This document shows, in pieces, positions 9,041-16,837 of a stretch of DNA of 32,000 nt. The notes under the pieces are model-generated. The model was given only the letters and a program-made list of their open reading frames with translations, was not told the origin of the DNA and ran no database searches. The stretch spans positions 630,001-662,000 of the forward strand of contig NC_008578.1 in assembly GCF_000015025.1 (NCBI RefSeq). The letters are read 5' to 3'. The DNA comes from Acidothermus cellulolyticus 11B. Lineage in GTDB: Bacteria; Actinomycetota; Actinomycetes; Acidothermales; Acidothermaceae. How positions within the stretch are numbered: the stretch's first letter is position 1; every line of letters begins with the position of its first letter. Both the position numbers and the translations under genes were made by a program.

Positions 9041-9086
9041 CCTTTACCGGGCGGTCTGGCGCGCCTTTACCGGGCGGTCTGGCGCG
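9041..9086. repeat. Perfect tandem duplication of a 23-bp unit (CCTTTACCGGGCGGTCTGGCGCG x2)
   Basis: Units at 9041-9063 and 9064-9086 are identical. They begin 12 nt upstream of the tatB ATG (9029). Confidence 0.9.
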
Positions 9087-9181
9087 CTGGCGAGCGGCGG
9101 TGTGCCTTTTAGCGTAGTCTCCAGCGGGCAGGCCTGCGACGGTGTGGGGAGGTGTTGGCCGGCACGCGGTGTCGAGGGTGG

Positions 9182-9526
9182 TCAGTGGCCGGCTGCGTGG
9201 TACATCTCAATGACGGCGACCGGAATACGGCCCCGCTCGGGAACAGGGATCCGGTGTGCTCGGGCCCAAGCCCGTACGGCCCGCGGGTCCGCGGCGACGG
9301 GCACGCGGCGCGGGACGACGTAACGGATTCGGCCGTTGCGCGTCGCCGTACGGAGCAGTCGCCGGCCGGCGCGCACGTAGGGTGCCAGGAGTGCGCGCAG
9401 GCGTGCGGCGTTGGACCGGCTGAGATCGATCTCGTATTCGACGCCGTCGAGAGCGAAGCGGACCGTCTCCGTTGCGGGCTCGCCGGTCCTGTCATCGACC
9501 ACGGCGACCTGCCAGCGTTGCGCCAT
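9182..9526 (-). CDS. lsr2: Lsr2 nucleoid-associated protein (H-NS analogue of actinobacteria)
   Basis: 114 aa. N-terminal dimerisation region VAVVDDRTGEPATETVRFALDGVEYEIDLSRSNAARLRALLAPYVRAGRR. C-terminal DNA-binding region AVRAWARAHRIPVPERGRIPVAVIEMYHAA containing the RGR clamp. Confidence 0.9.
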   Translation of the reverse strand: MAQRWQVAVVDDRTGEPATETVRFALDGVEYEIDLSRSNAARLRALLAPYVRAGRRLLRTATRNGRIRYVVPRRVPVAADPRAVRAWARAHRIPVPERGRIPVAVIEMYHAAGH

Positions 9527-9740
9527 GACCCGTTCCTAACCTCGATCCGCGGTCGTCGAGTGTGCGTGCGCAGCAGCGCGCGGCGTACGAGCTTAGCGGT
9601 CTGGAGTGGCCGGGTTTCAGGCGGGTCCGTGCCGCGTCGTGCAGGCGCCGCGCCCAGGTGGCAGCTGTACGACACCGATGCAAAGACGTCGGCCGCTGAC
9701 GCAGGTGCTGCGCGCACGCAGCACTTTCTCCTGCGTGGGT

Positions 9741-9780
9741 GTGCCGGGAATCCCGGCGCAGTGCGCGGGATTCCCGGCAC
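9741..9780 (-). terminator. Long GC-rich hairpin 28 nt downstream of the chitinase stop (terminator-like, no U-tract)
   Basis: GTGCCGGGAATCCCG (9741-9755) pairs perfectly with CGGGATTCCCGGCAC (9766-9780), a 15-bp stem. The inner CGC/GCG bases can pair further. Confidence 0.55.
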
Positions 9781-9807
9781 GGTGGACTACCACGTCTGTC
9801 GGCACGT

Positions 9808-11226
9808 TCAGTGATCGATGAGACCGAGTGCGAGGGCTGCTCCCAAACTACCCGCGCTGTCGTCGCCGTCCAGTGACCACGCAGCGGTGCCTCCGAGGTC
9901 GCGGCGGAGAATGTAGTGCATTTTCTGACCGATTTCTACCGGGTCGTCGACGACATAGAGGGTCTCACTCGCCTGGTCGTAGAGCCAATAACCACCGGTT
10001 ATCGGATCGCGGTAGGGCGCGTAGCCGAGAGCCTCCAGTTGCGCCCAGGTCGGAGAGCCGCCATTCAGCCACGACGGACCGGTCGCCGTCTGGTACAAGC
10101 CGTGTGTGCCACCGTCGGGGACGCCGACCCAGCCATGTCCGTAGAACGGCACACCGACGAGGAGCTTGTGCCGATCGGCGCCGGCGCGGAGAAAGGCGTC
10201 GATCGACTGGTCGACACTGAATTGCTGCGCCGAGCCGATCACGGCCACTTCAGCCGCGGACGGGTACAGCTCGGATTGAAAGTCCGTCGGGCCATGTGCC
10301 TCCCATGGCCCGTGGAAGTCGTAATCCATGACATCCATCTGGTCGAGAAGCCGCGAAATCTGCGGCACCTCGAGGAGGGCAATCTTCGTCGGGTTCGCTG
10401 ACAGTGCGGCGGTGAGCAGGTACCGGCGGTGGTGATTCGCGCGGGCTGCGCTGTCCAGTTGGCGGCGAAATTCGGCAAGCAGCAAGGTGAAGTTCCGGGT
10501 GTCCTCAGGCCGTGCGGTGGGATTACCGTTTCCGTTGGTGAGCGTGGCACCGGCAGCACCGGGATATTCCCAGTCCACGTCAATGCCGTCGAAGATGCCC
10601 TTAGCGGCACCGGGCGGCAGACCGGGAAGGTTGCCGTTGATGAGCAGGTCGATGCATGAGGCGACAAGATGTGCGCGGGACTCAGCTGTCAGGGCGGCGT
10701 CGGAGAAGTATCCCGACCACGAGTATCCGCCGAGGGAGGCGATGATACGAAGATTCGGGTAACGCGTCTTCAATTCCCTCAGCTGCTTGAAATTTCCCTG
10801 AAGTCCGGACCAGTCGTCGGCGGTGCCGTCGACACTTGGGCGTCCGGTGGCGCCGCCGAACGGCATTTGGTAATCGGCCCACGGGTCGCCGCTGAGGCAT
10901 TCAATGGGTGAGCCGGACACGGCAGGGTTCGGCGCGACATTGATGAATGCGTAGTTGATTTGGTTGAGGCGGCCGGCGTCACCGTTTGCGACCACGCCGG
11001 CTACGGTGAAACCGCTGTAGACCGACCACTGTGTGTAGTACGCGGCGCGGACGAGGCCGTCGCTGCGCGGTTCGTGGGCGGCCGCGCTTGATGGGACGAC
11101 GACCGCGGCGACGAGGACGGCCGCCGCCGGGGCAAGCCGCCCGGTGCGGCGGTGCGTTCGGGTACTCCAGCGGGTGTGGCGCTGCGTACGGGTAATCCAG
11201 CGGGTGTGACGGAATCTCGACAACAT
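9808..11226 (-). CDS. Secreted glycoside hydrolase family 18 chitinase
   Basis: 472 aa. GH18 catalytic motif FDGIDVDWEYPG. Arg-rich n-region followed by a hydrophobic signal (LAPAAAVLVAAVVVPSSAAAHEP). ATG 11226 is preceded by GAGGAG with 7-nt spacing. Confidence 0.9.
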   Translation of the reverse strand: MLSRFRHTRWITRTQRHTRWSTRTHRRTGRLAPAAAVLVAAVVVPSSAAAHEPRSDGLVRAAYYTQWSVYSGFTVAGVVANGDAGRLNQINYAFINVAPNPAVSGSPIECLSGDPWADYQMPFGGATGRPSVDGTADDWSGLQGNFKQLRELKTRYPNLRIIASLGGYSWSGYFSDAALTAESRAHLVASCIDLLINGNLPGLPPGAAKGIFDGIDVDWEYPGAAGATLTNGNGNPTARPEDTRNFTLLLAEFRRQLDSAARANHHRRYLLTAALSANPTKIALLEVPQISRLLDQMDVMDYDFHGPWEAHGPTDFQSELYPSAAEVAVIGSAQQFSVDQSIDAFLRAGADRHKLLVGVPFYGHGWVGVPDGGTHGLYQTATGPSWLNGGSPTWAQLEALGYAPYRDPITGGYWLYDQASETLYVVDDPVEIGQKMHYILRRDLGGTAAWSLDGDDSAGSLGAALALGLIDH

Positions 11227-11276
11227 GGCGGTGCTCCTCGACCAGGCCGCGTGGTGTCGCGGACGGCCTCAGGCTA

Positions 11277-11306
11277 ATTGGCCTAGACCAATAGGTCAAG
11301 ACCAAT
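11277..11306 (-). promoter_or_regulatory. Two overlapping DasR-responsive-element-like boxes (dre) upstream of the GH18 chitinase
   Basis: ATTGGCCTAGACCAAT (11277-11292) matches the Streptomyces dre consensus ACTGGTCTAGACCACT at 13 of 16 positions. ATAGGTCAAGACCAAT (11291-11306) matches at 11 of 16. The boxes lie 51-80 nt upstream of ATG 11226. Confidence 0.55.
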
Positions 11307-11364
11307 CTGCCGACGACGCAACCGGACCTGCCGTCGGTGCGATCACCCGCCGTCCCGTCATCCC

Positions 11365-11457
11365 GGGCGCTCACTGCGCCCGCCGCAGCTCGGGAATGGC
11401 GGCGTGGAGAAGCCGCGGTTGCACGGGCGCTCACTGCGCCCGCCGCACCTCGGGAAT
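11365..11457. repeat. Two copies of a 33-bp unit (GGGCGCTCACTGCGCCCGCCGCASCTCGGGAAT), 60-bp period, each with an internal GGGCGC-N5-GCGCCC hairpin
   Basis: Copies at 11365-11397 and 11425-11457 differ at one base. They lie in the divergent region between the GH18 gene and the SMP-30 gene. Confidence 0.9.
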
Positions 11458-11471
11458 CGGGTTGCGGCAGG

Positions 11472-12338
11472 ATGGTGGCGATGTCGACGGCGGAACAGTT
11501 CACCGAACCCGCGGCCTTTCACGCCGAGGGGCCCGTCTGGTCGCCGTACGGCCTGCGGTGGGTTGACATGTTGGCCGGCGATGTGCTCGGCGTCGTGGGT
11601 GGCGTTGTGCGCCGTCGGCACGTAGGTTCCGTCGCCGCAGCCCTCCGCCCGCGCCGCCAGGGCGGCATGGTCATCGCCGTCGAACGCGGCTTCGCGCTCT
11701 GCGACGGCGATCCTCTGGACGCTTCCTCTGCGCTCTTTCCACTGCCAGAGTTATGGACGGACCGCGGCGTGCGGATGAACGACGGCGGCTGTGATCCGGC
11801 GGGCCGGTTCTACTGCGGGTCAATGGCCTATGACCAAGCGCCTGGCCGGGGAGCGTTGTATCGGCTCGACCCCGATCACTCGAGCCACCTCGTCCTGCCG
11901 AACGTCACAATCTCCAACGGCATCGACTGGAGTCCAGACGGCTCACTGGTGTACTACAACGACTCGCCCACCCACCGGGTCTGGTGTTTCGACGACGATG
12001 GCTTATCGGGTCTGCGCAACCGCCGGGTCTTCGCCGAGATTCCCGAGGATCTAGGAGTCGGCGACGGGCTCACTGTCGATGCCGACGGCGGCGTCTGGGT
12101 CGCGATTTACGGCGGCGGGCAGGTCCGGCGGTATCGACCGGACGGCGTGCTGGATGGCGTCGTCGAACTCCCAGTGACCCAGGTGACCGCATGTGCGTTC
12201 GGCGGTGATGATTTCGGCGAGCTGTTCATCACGACGTCCCGGGAGAATGTCGCGGACGGCGAACAGCCGGAGGCGGGCGCCGTCTTCCGGATTCGGCCGG
12301 GAGTCCACGGACGCCCACCCCGACCGTATGCCGGCTAG
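11472..12338 (+). CDS. SMP-30/gluconolactonase/LRE-family protein
   Basis: Beta-propeller family signature, AEGPVWSPYGLRWVDMLAGDVL ... SNGIDWSPDGSLVYYNDSPTHRVWCFD ... GDGLTVDADGGVWVAIYGGGQVRRY. I take the start as ATG 11472 (or 11481). The ORF-track extension from 11337 only translates the 33-bp repeats. Confidence 0.8.
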   Translation: MVAMSTAEQFTEPAAFHAEGPVWSPYGLRWVDMLAGDVLGVVGGVVRRRHVGSVAAALRPRRQGGMVIAVERGFALCDGDPLDASSALFPLPELWTDRGVRMNDGGCDPAGRFYCGSMAYDQAPGRGALYRLDPDHSSHLVLPNVTISNGIDWSPDGSLVYYNDSPTHRVWCFDDDGLSGLRNRRVFAEIPEDLGVGDGLTVDADGGVWVAIYGGGQVRRYRPDGVLDGVVELPVTQVTACAFGGDDFGELFITTSRENVADGEQPEAGAVFRIRPGVHGRPPRPYAG

Positions 12339-12353
12339 CTTAGGCTAAGCTAA
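12335..12353 (+). promoter_or_regulatory. DtxR-family (IdeR/MntR-type) 19-bp box upstream of the ZIP transporter gene
   Basis: CTAGCTTAGGCTAAGCTAA matches the iron-box consensus TTAGGTTAGGCTAACCTAA at 16 of 19 positions and contains the perfect palindrome TAGCTTAG-G-CTAAGCTA. It overlaps the SMP-30 stop codon and lies 78-96 nt upstream of the ZIP start. Confidence 0.55.
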
Positions 12354-12430
12354 CTGAAGCGGGCCGCGGATCAGCACCGCGCCCGCCGCAGGAGACGCCG
12401 GCACCGCCGGCCGGCCGTAGATGGTGAGGT

Positions 12431-13264
12431 GTGATGAGCCCGGAACGCGTCGCCCTTCTCGGCGCAATCGCCGGAGTGACGATTTTCATTGGCCTGCCGG
12501 TTGGTCGGACCCGTAAAGCAATTCCCGCGACGAAGGTATTGCTCGGCGGTCTCGCCGCCGGGATTCTCGTGTTTCTTCTCTGGGACGTGCTCGAGCACGC
12601 TTGGGAACCAATTGACCAGGCGCTCGGCGACCACCACTACGCCTCGGCGATCGGGAACGGCGCCGTGATGACGGCCGGATTCTGCCTCGGGATGCTCGGA
12701 TTGATTGGGTACGAGGTCTGGATGAGCCAGCGTGCCCGCCGCCGCGCACCCAGTCTGGGACCCGGCACGGCAGCGGTCGCTGAGCTTGAACCGTCGTTGC
12801 TCGGTACGCCGGCGCGGCGCCTCGCATTTTTCATCGCCGTGGGTATTGGCCTGCACAACTTCTCCGAGGGACTCGCCATTGGCCAGTCGGCTGCCCGCGG
12901 CGAACTCACCCTCGCGACCCTGCTGGTCATTGGATTCGCGACCCACAACGCGACCGAAGGCTTCGGTATCGTCGCGCCGCTGGCGGCCGAGGCCGTGCGA
13001 CCGTCGTGGGGATGGCTCGGCCTGCTTGGTCTCATCGGCGGCGGCCCCACATTCATCGGGACGCTGGTGGGGCAGTCGGTGGTCAACGACACGCTCTCCA
13101 TCGCGTTCCTCGCGCTTGCGGCGGGTTCGATTCTCTACGTCGTCGTCGAGCTGATCGCGGCCGGCCGCAAATCCGGCCACAAAGTCCTGTTGAGCACGGG
13201 CATTGTGCTCGGCGTCGTCCTGGGTTTTCTTACCGACGCGATTGTTACCGCCGCGGGGGCCTGA
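12431..13264 (+). CDS. ZIP-family (ZupT/GufA-like) divalent metal transporter
   Basis: 277 aa, polytopic. ZIP metal-site motifs GLHNFSEGLAIG and HNATEGFGIV. The start is GTG 12431 or the adjacent ATG 12434, after GGTGAGG. Confidence 0.85.
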   Translation: MMSPERVALLGAIAGVTIFIGLPVGRTRKAIPATKVLLGGLAAGILVFLLWDVLEHAWEPIDQALGDHHYASAIGNGAVMTAGFCLGMLGLIGYEVWMSQRARRRAPSLGPGTAAVAELEPSLLGTPARRLAFFIAVGIGLHNFSEGLAIGQSAARGELTLATLLVIGFATHNATEGFGIVAPLAAEAVRPSWGWLGLLGLIGGGPTFIGTLVGQSVVNDTLSIAFLALAAGSILYVVVELIAAGRKSGHKVLLSTGIVLGVVLGFLTDAIVTAAGA

Positions 13265-13414
13265 CCTCGATCAACGGCGGGGTTCGCCTGCGGTGGTTGA
13301 GACGTGCCGTCGGCGGTGCTCCAGCATGTCGTTGACGCGGCGCGCGAGTCCCAACGCGCCGCCGGTGGGGCGCGCGCAGTTCTCCTGCAGCGCAGGACTT
13401 AGCGGCAGTCCGGG

Positions 13415-13870
13415 TCACTCGTCGCTGCCGAGGTCGTCGGCCAATCGATGGAGGACAGGCAGGACGTCTCGGATGGCGCGGAGCTCGGCGGTCGAGAGTC
13501 GGCGCAGATGTTCGGCGAGGAGCCTGGTACGGCGATCGGCGGTCCGCCGGATGACGGCCCGCCCGGCGGTGGTGAGCTCGACGAACGTCGAACGCGCGTC
13601 GGCAGGATCCGGTCGCCGCGCGACGAGTCCGAGGAGGAGCAGCGCATCAACCGTTCGGGACATTGTTGGCGGTGCGACACCTTCGCGATGAGCGAGCTCG
13701 CCGAGCCGCAATTGCCCGTGCTCCTCGAGGGTCGTCAGCACCGCGAGTTGCGACGGTGTGAGACCGCCCGCTGCGGCCGCTCGGGTGCGCCGCAACAACC
13801 GTCCCGCCGCAACCCGAAGGTCGGTCGCGAGCTCGACCAATTCCGCCGCGGATTTCTGTGCCGACGGCAT
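13415..13870 (-). CDS. MarR-family transcriptional regulator
   Basis: 151 aa from ATG 13870, 13 nt after the MFS stop. Winged-helix region LTPSQLAVLTTLEEHGQLRLGELAHREGVAPPTMSRTVDALLLLGLVARRPDPADARS. The ORF-track extension to 14083 overlaps the MFS gene and is rejected. Confidence 0.85.
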   Translation of the reverse strand: MPSAQKSAAELVELATDLRVAAGRLLRRTRAAAAGGLTPSQLAVLTTLEEHGQLRLGELAHREGVAPPTMSRTVDALLLLGLVARRPDPADARSTFVELTTAGRAVIRRTADRRTRLLAEHLRRLSTAELRAIRDVLPVLHRLADDLGSDE

Positions 13871-13883
13871 GACGCGCCCTGCC

Positions 13884-15632
13884 TCACGCACCCTGGGCGG
13901 CCGGCGTCGCTGTCGGTCGCCGCTCCGCCTCGTCGTGCACGTATCGGGCGCCACGGAACAGCGAGGCGACCGCGCCGATGACCGACATCGCAATGGCCAT
14001 GGCGAAGACGACGACCAGTCCGTCGTGGAACGGCCCGGCGATGAGCGACGGGAAGAATGTCCGGCCGGTGAGCACCGCGGCATCCGTGGGCGGGAGGGTC
14101 GACAACACGTGCGGACCCAGCAAGGTCTGGATCGGGTTGTAGCCGAGGAATGCGGCGAACAGGCTTGCCACCGGCGGGGCGTTTCCGATGGCTGTGGCGA
14201 TGTTCGAAGGCACGTGGTGTGCTTCGAGGCCGCTGGTCAGCGTGTGCGGCAGGTTGTGCGCCAATCCGAGGATCATCAAGGAGAAGAAAATGCCGATCGA
14301 CAGCGACGTCCCGGAGTTGAAGAAGGTCGAGCGCATTCCGGATGCCGCGCCACGGGTGCTGGCCGGTACGGCGTTCATGATGGCGGTCGTGTTCGGCGAG
14401 GAGAACAGCCCGGAACCGATTCCGTTTATCGCCAGGAGAGCAGCGAATTCCCAGTACGGGAAATTCGTCGGCAGCGCCATCAGACCGGCGAAACTGGCCG
14501 CGACGATGAGCAGGCCGCCGGTGGCGAATGCTCGAGCGCCGAACCGGTCCGAGAGATAGCCCGAAATGGGCCCCGCAGCGAGAAACGCAATGGTCAGGGG
14601 AAGAAGGTAGATGCCCGCCCATAAGGGGGTGTCCGCGAACTTGTAGCCATGCAACGGAAGCCAGATGCCCTGCAGCCAGATGATGAGCATGAATTGCATG
14701 CCGCCGCGCGCAATGGACGCAAGCCACCCGGCGAGATTGCCCGCACTGAAGGCCTTGATGCGGAACAACTGCATGTGGAACATCGGCTCGGGAACCTTGG
14801 TTTCGATGATGCAGAACACCGCGAGCAGCGCGGCTCCGCCGACGAGTCCGGCATCGACCCACGGGTTTGTCCAGCCCATGGTCGAGCCGCCGTACGGCTG
14901 AATGCCGTAGGTGATGGCGACGAGAATCGCGGTGAGACCGAGGCCAAACGTGAGGTTGCCCCAGACGTCGATGCGGGCGGGCGAGCGTTCACCGATCTCC
15001 CGCAGGCTCGCGTACGACCAGATCGTGCCGAGGAGGCCGAACGGTACGGAGACGAAGAACACCAGGCGCCAGTCCACCTCGGAGAGCAGTCCACCGGCGA
15101 TCAGGCCGATGAACGATCCGGCAATGGCGGCGACTTGGTTGATGCCCATGGCCATGCCGCGTCGATCCGGCGGAAAAGCGTCGGTGAGAATGGCCGCTGA
15201 ATTCGCGAACAGCATGGCCGCCCCGACGCCCTGCACGACCCGCCAGATGATTAACCAGAGCGCTCCGCCGCCGCCGGTGAGCGGATCGAGGGCCAGCGCG
15301 ATGGATGCCGCCGTGAAGATGGCGAAGCCCATGCTGTAAATCCGAACCCGACCGTAGATGTCGCCCAAGCGTCCCACGCTCACGACCAGGACAGCCGTGA
15401 CCAGGAGAAATCCCATAATCATCCACAGCAGATAGCTGACATTGCCGTGGGCGAGCGGATCGATGTGAATGCCGCGGAAGATGGCCGGTAGGGAGATCAT
15501 CACGATCGATGAGTTGATCGTGGCCATCAACATGCCAAGCGTGGTGTTGGACAGCGCCACCCAGCGGTAATGCGGATGGTCGGCGTCGATCGTTCTGCGC
15601 AGCGCCCAGGTGGCCTCCGCCACGGCGTCCAC
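13884..15632 (-). CDS. MFS transporter, DHA2 (EmrB/QacA-like, 14-TMS) drug/H+ antiporter family
   Basis: 582 aa. N-terminal DHA2-type region LSNTTLGMLMATINSSIVMISLPAIFRGI and motif GRLGDIYGRVRIY, with many TM segments. The start is GTG 15632, or GTG 15623 lying 8 nt after AGGAGG. Confidence 0.85.
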   Translation of the reverse strand: MDAVAEATWALRRTIDADHPHYRWVALSNTTLGMLMATINSSIVMISLPAIFRGIHIDPLAHGNVSYLLWMIMGFLLVTAVLVVSVGRLGDIYGRVRIYSMGFAIFTAASIALALDPLTGGGGALWLIIWRVVQGVGAAMLFANSAAILTDAFPPDRRGMAMGINQVAAIAGSFIGLIAGGLLSEVDWRLVFFVSVPFGLLGTIWSYASLREIGERSPARIDVWGNLTFGLGLTAILVAITYGIQPYGGSTMGWTNPWVDAGLVGGAALLAVFCIIETKVPEPMFHMQLFRIKAFSAGNLAGWLASIARGGMQFMLIIWLQGIWLPLHGYKFADTPLWAGIYLLPLTIAFLAAGPISGYLSDRFGARAFATGGLLIVAASFAGLMALPTNFPYWEFAALLAINGIGSGLFSSPNTTAIMNAVPASTRGAASGMRSTFFNSGTSLSIGIFFSLMILGLAHNLPHTLTSGLEAHHVPSNIATAIGNAPPVASLFAAFLGYNPIQTLLGPHVLSTLPPTDAAVLTGRTFFPSLIAGPFHDGLVVVFAMAIAMSVIGAVASLFRGARYVHDEAERRPTATPAAQGA

Positions 15633-15656
15633 CTCCTAGGACCCATCAGACAATTC

Positions 15657-15672
15657 GTTAGCATCAACTAAC
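15657..15672 (-). promoter_or_regulatory. AT-rich inverted repeat GTTAG-N6-CTAAC upstream of the MFS-MarR operon (candidate MarR operator)
   Basis: GTTAGCATCAACTAAC is followed by the CTAACTAACTAC reiteration. It lies 25-40 nt upstream of the MFS start, in a locally AT-rich patch. Confidence 0.35.
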
Positions 15673-15789
15673 TAACTACGGAGAATATTTCACATCGGCT
15701 GCATCGTCAACCTCCGGACGGATAATGCGCGGTCCACGTCACGCAGCCAGTGCACGGCCGGCCTCACGCACGATGGTGCGCGGCTTGCG

Positions 15790-16578
15790 TCACGCCGGCC
15801 GGATGCGCAACAGATCGCCTTCGTGCACCGAGAGCCTAGCGTCAGCCCGCCCGCCATGAACGGCGACAGCGAGGCGCCCCGCGGAGTCGACGTAGACGAG
15901 AGTCTCACCGGGCGCGACCGCGCCGAAGGTCGTCGCGCGAACCGCAGGAACCTGTGCACCGCCGCCCTCGACAACGAGCGGCTGGCCGAGTGCCCAGCCG
16001 GCGATGTCCCCGCATGCGAGCTGCACATTGCCGAACCGGTCGATGCTCGATATTTCTGCGTCGATCATTTCGCCGTGGAGTCGCGCCACGGGACTCGGCA
16101 AGCGTACGAGCTGTTGCGGATCGAGTTCCGGACCGACGAGGTCAACGGGCGTTCCGGTCGCCAGATGTGCCGCCGTCGGCGCAAAAATGTCCCTGCCGTG
16201 GAAGGTCGCCGAGACGGGATGCAACCACAGCGCCGAATTCGTGAGGCGAAACGCGCGCCGAATGCCGCCCGCTGCTTCCGCCGCCGGGAGCAGCAGACCG
16301 TTGTCCGGGCCGACAAACAGATGCTGCGGCGTCTCGACAACAATCGGACGCCGCGCGGTGCCCACCCCGGGATCGACGATCCCGACGTGCACGCCGTCAG
16401 GCAAGAACGGAATCGCCTCGGCCAAGAGCGTGGCGCCACGGCGCACATTGCCGGGGGGAACAGCGTGCGTGATGTCGAGGATTCGAACGTCGGGTGCGAG
16501 ACGTCCAATAACACCGTGGCAGATCGCTACGAACGCGTCCTCGTAGCCGTAGTCCGTGAGCAGGCTTATCCATGGCAT
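15790..16578 (-). CDS. SAM hydrolase / SAM hydroxide adenosyltransferase family protein (DUF62; fluorinase/chlorinase superfamily)
   Basis: 262 aa from ATG 16578. N-terminus MPWISLLTDYGYEDAFVAICHGVIGRLAPDVRILDITHAVPPGNVRRGA and GVHVGIVDPGVGTARRPIVVET are typical of the family. Confidence 0.8.
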   Translation of the reverse strand: MPWISLLTDYGYEDAFVAICHGVIGRLAPDVRILDITHAVPPGNVRRGATLLAEAIPFLPDGVHVGIVDPGVGTARRPIVVETPQHLFVGPDNGLLLPAAEAAGGIRRAFRLTNSALWLHPVSATFHGRDIFAPTAAHLATGTPVDLVGPELDPQQLVRLPSPVARLHGEMIDAEISSIDRFGNVQLACGDIAGWALGQPLVVEGGGAQVPAVRATTFGAVAPGETLVYVDSAGRLAVAVHGGRADARLSVHEGDLLRIRPA

Positions 16579-16619
16579 AAGGCCAATTGTGTGCTGCCTC
16601 CCGTTCCCGGCCCGGCGGT

Positions 16620-16702
16620 TCTCACGCTGCGGGACCCCACCGCGACCCCGACAACCAGGGCGGCCCGGTGCCCGCCCTCGCACGTCTCACGCTGCGGGAC
16701 CC
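16620..16702. repeat. Two copies of an 18-bp unit TCTCACGCTGCGGGACCC, 65-bp period
   Basis: Copies at 16620-16637 and 16685-16702 are identical. They lie between the hsp20 terminator and the DUF62 start. Confidence 0.85.
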
Positions 16703-16734
16703 ACACGTGCTGGGTTGTTCAGTCGCGGAAAGGA

Positions 16735-16777
16735 AATCGGGAGGTCACCGGCCTGATCAGCCGGCGACCTCCCGATT
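16735..16777 (-). terminator. Intrinsic-terminator-like hairpin downstream of hsp20
   Basis: AATCGGGAGGTC(A)CCGGC / GCCGG(C)GACCTCCCGATT forms a 17-bp stem with one mismatch and a 7-nt loop. On the minus strand it is followed by TTCCTTTCC. Confidence 0.6.
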
Positions 16778-16837
16778 CGTGATCCAAGCCACCGGAGCGG
16801 CGTCGTCAGGCGGCGCTGTGCTCCGGCGTGTAGAGGA

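Noticed and set aside
13871-14083. N-terminal extension of the MarR ORF into the MFS gene.
   Set aside because: It overlaps the 3' end of the MFS gene. The internal ATG at 13870 gives a normal 151-aa MarR.
15823-16782. 319-aa plus-strand ORF antisense to the DUF62 gene. Similar shadow ORFs occur inside the MFS gene (13735..14862, 13758..14624), the cyd genes (5152..6027, 5975..6739, 6233..6823, 6499..7098), the MgtE-like gene (106..711) and around lsr2 (9109..9780, 9152..9814).
   Set aside because: I recognise no family in any of them. Their composition is Arg/Pro-rich, and each overlaps an opposite-strand or alternative-frame gene with clear homology.
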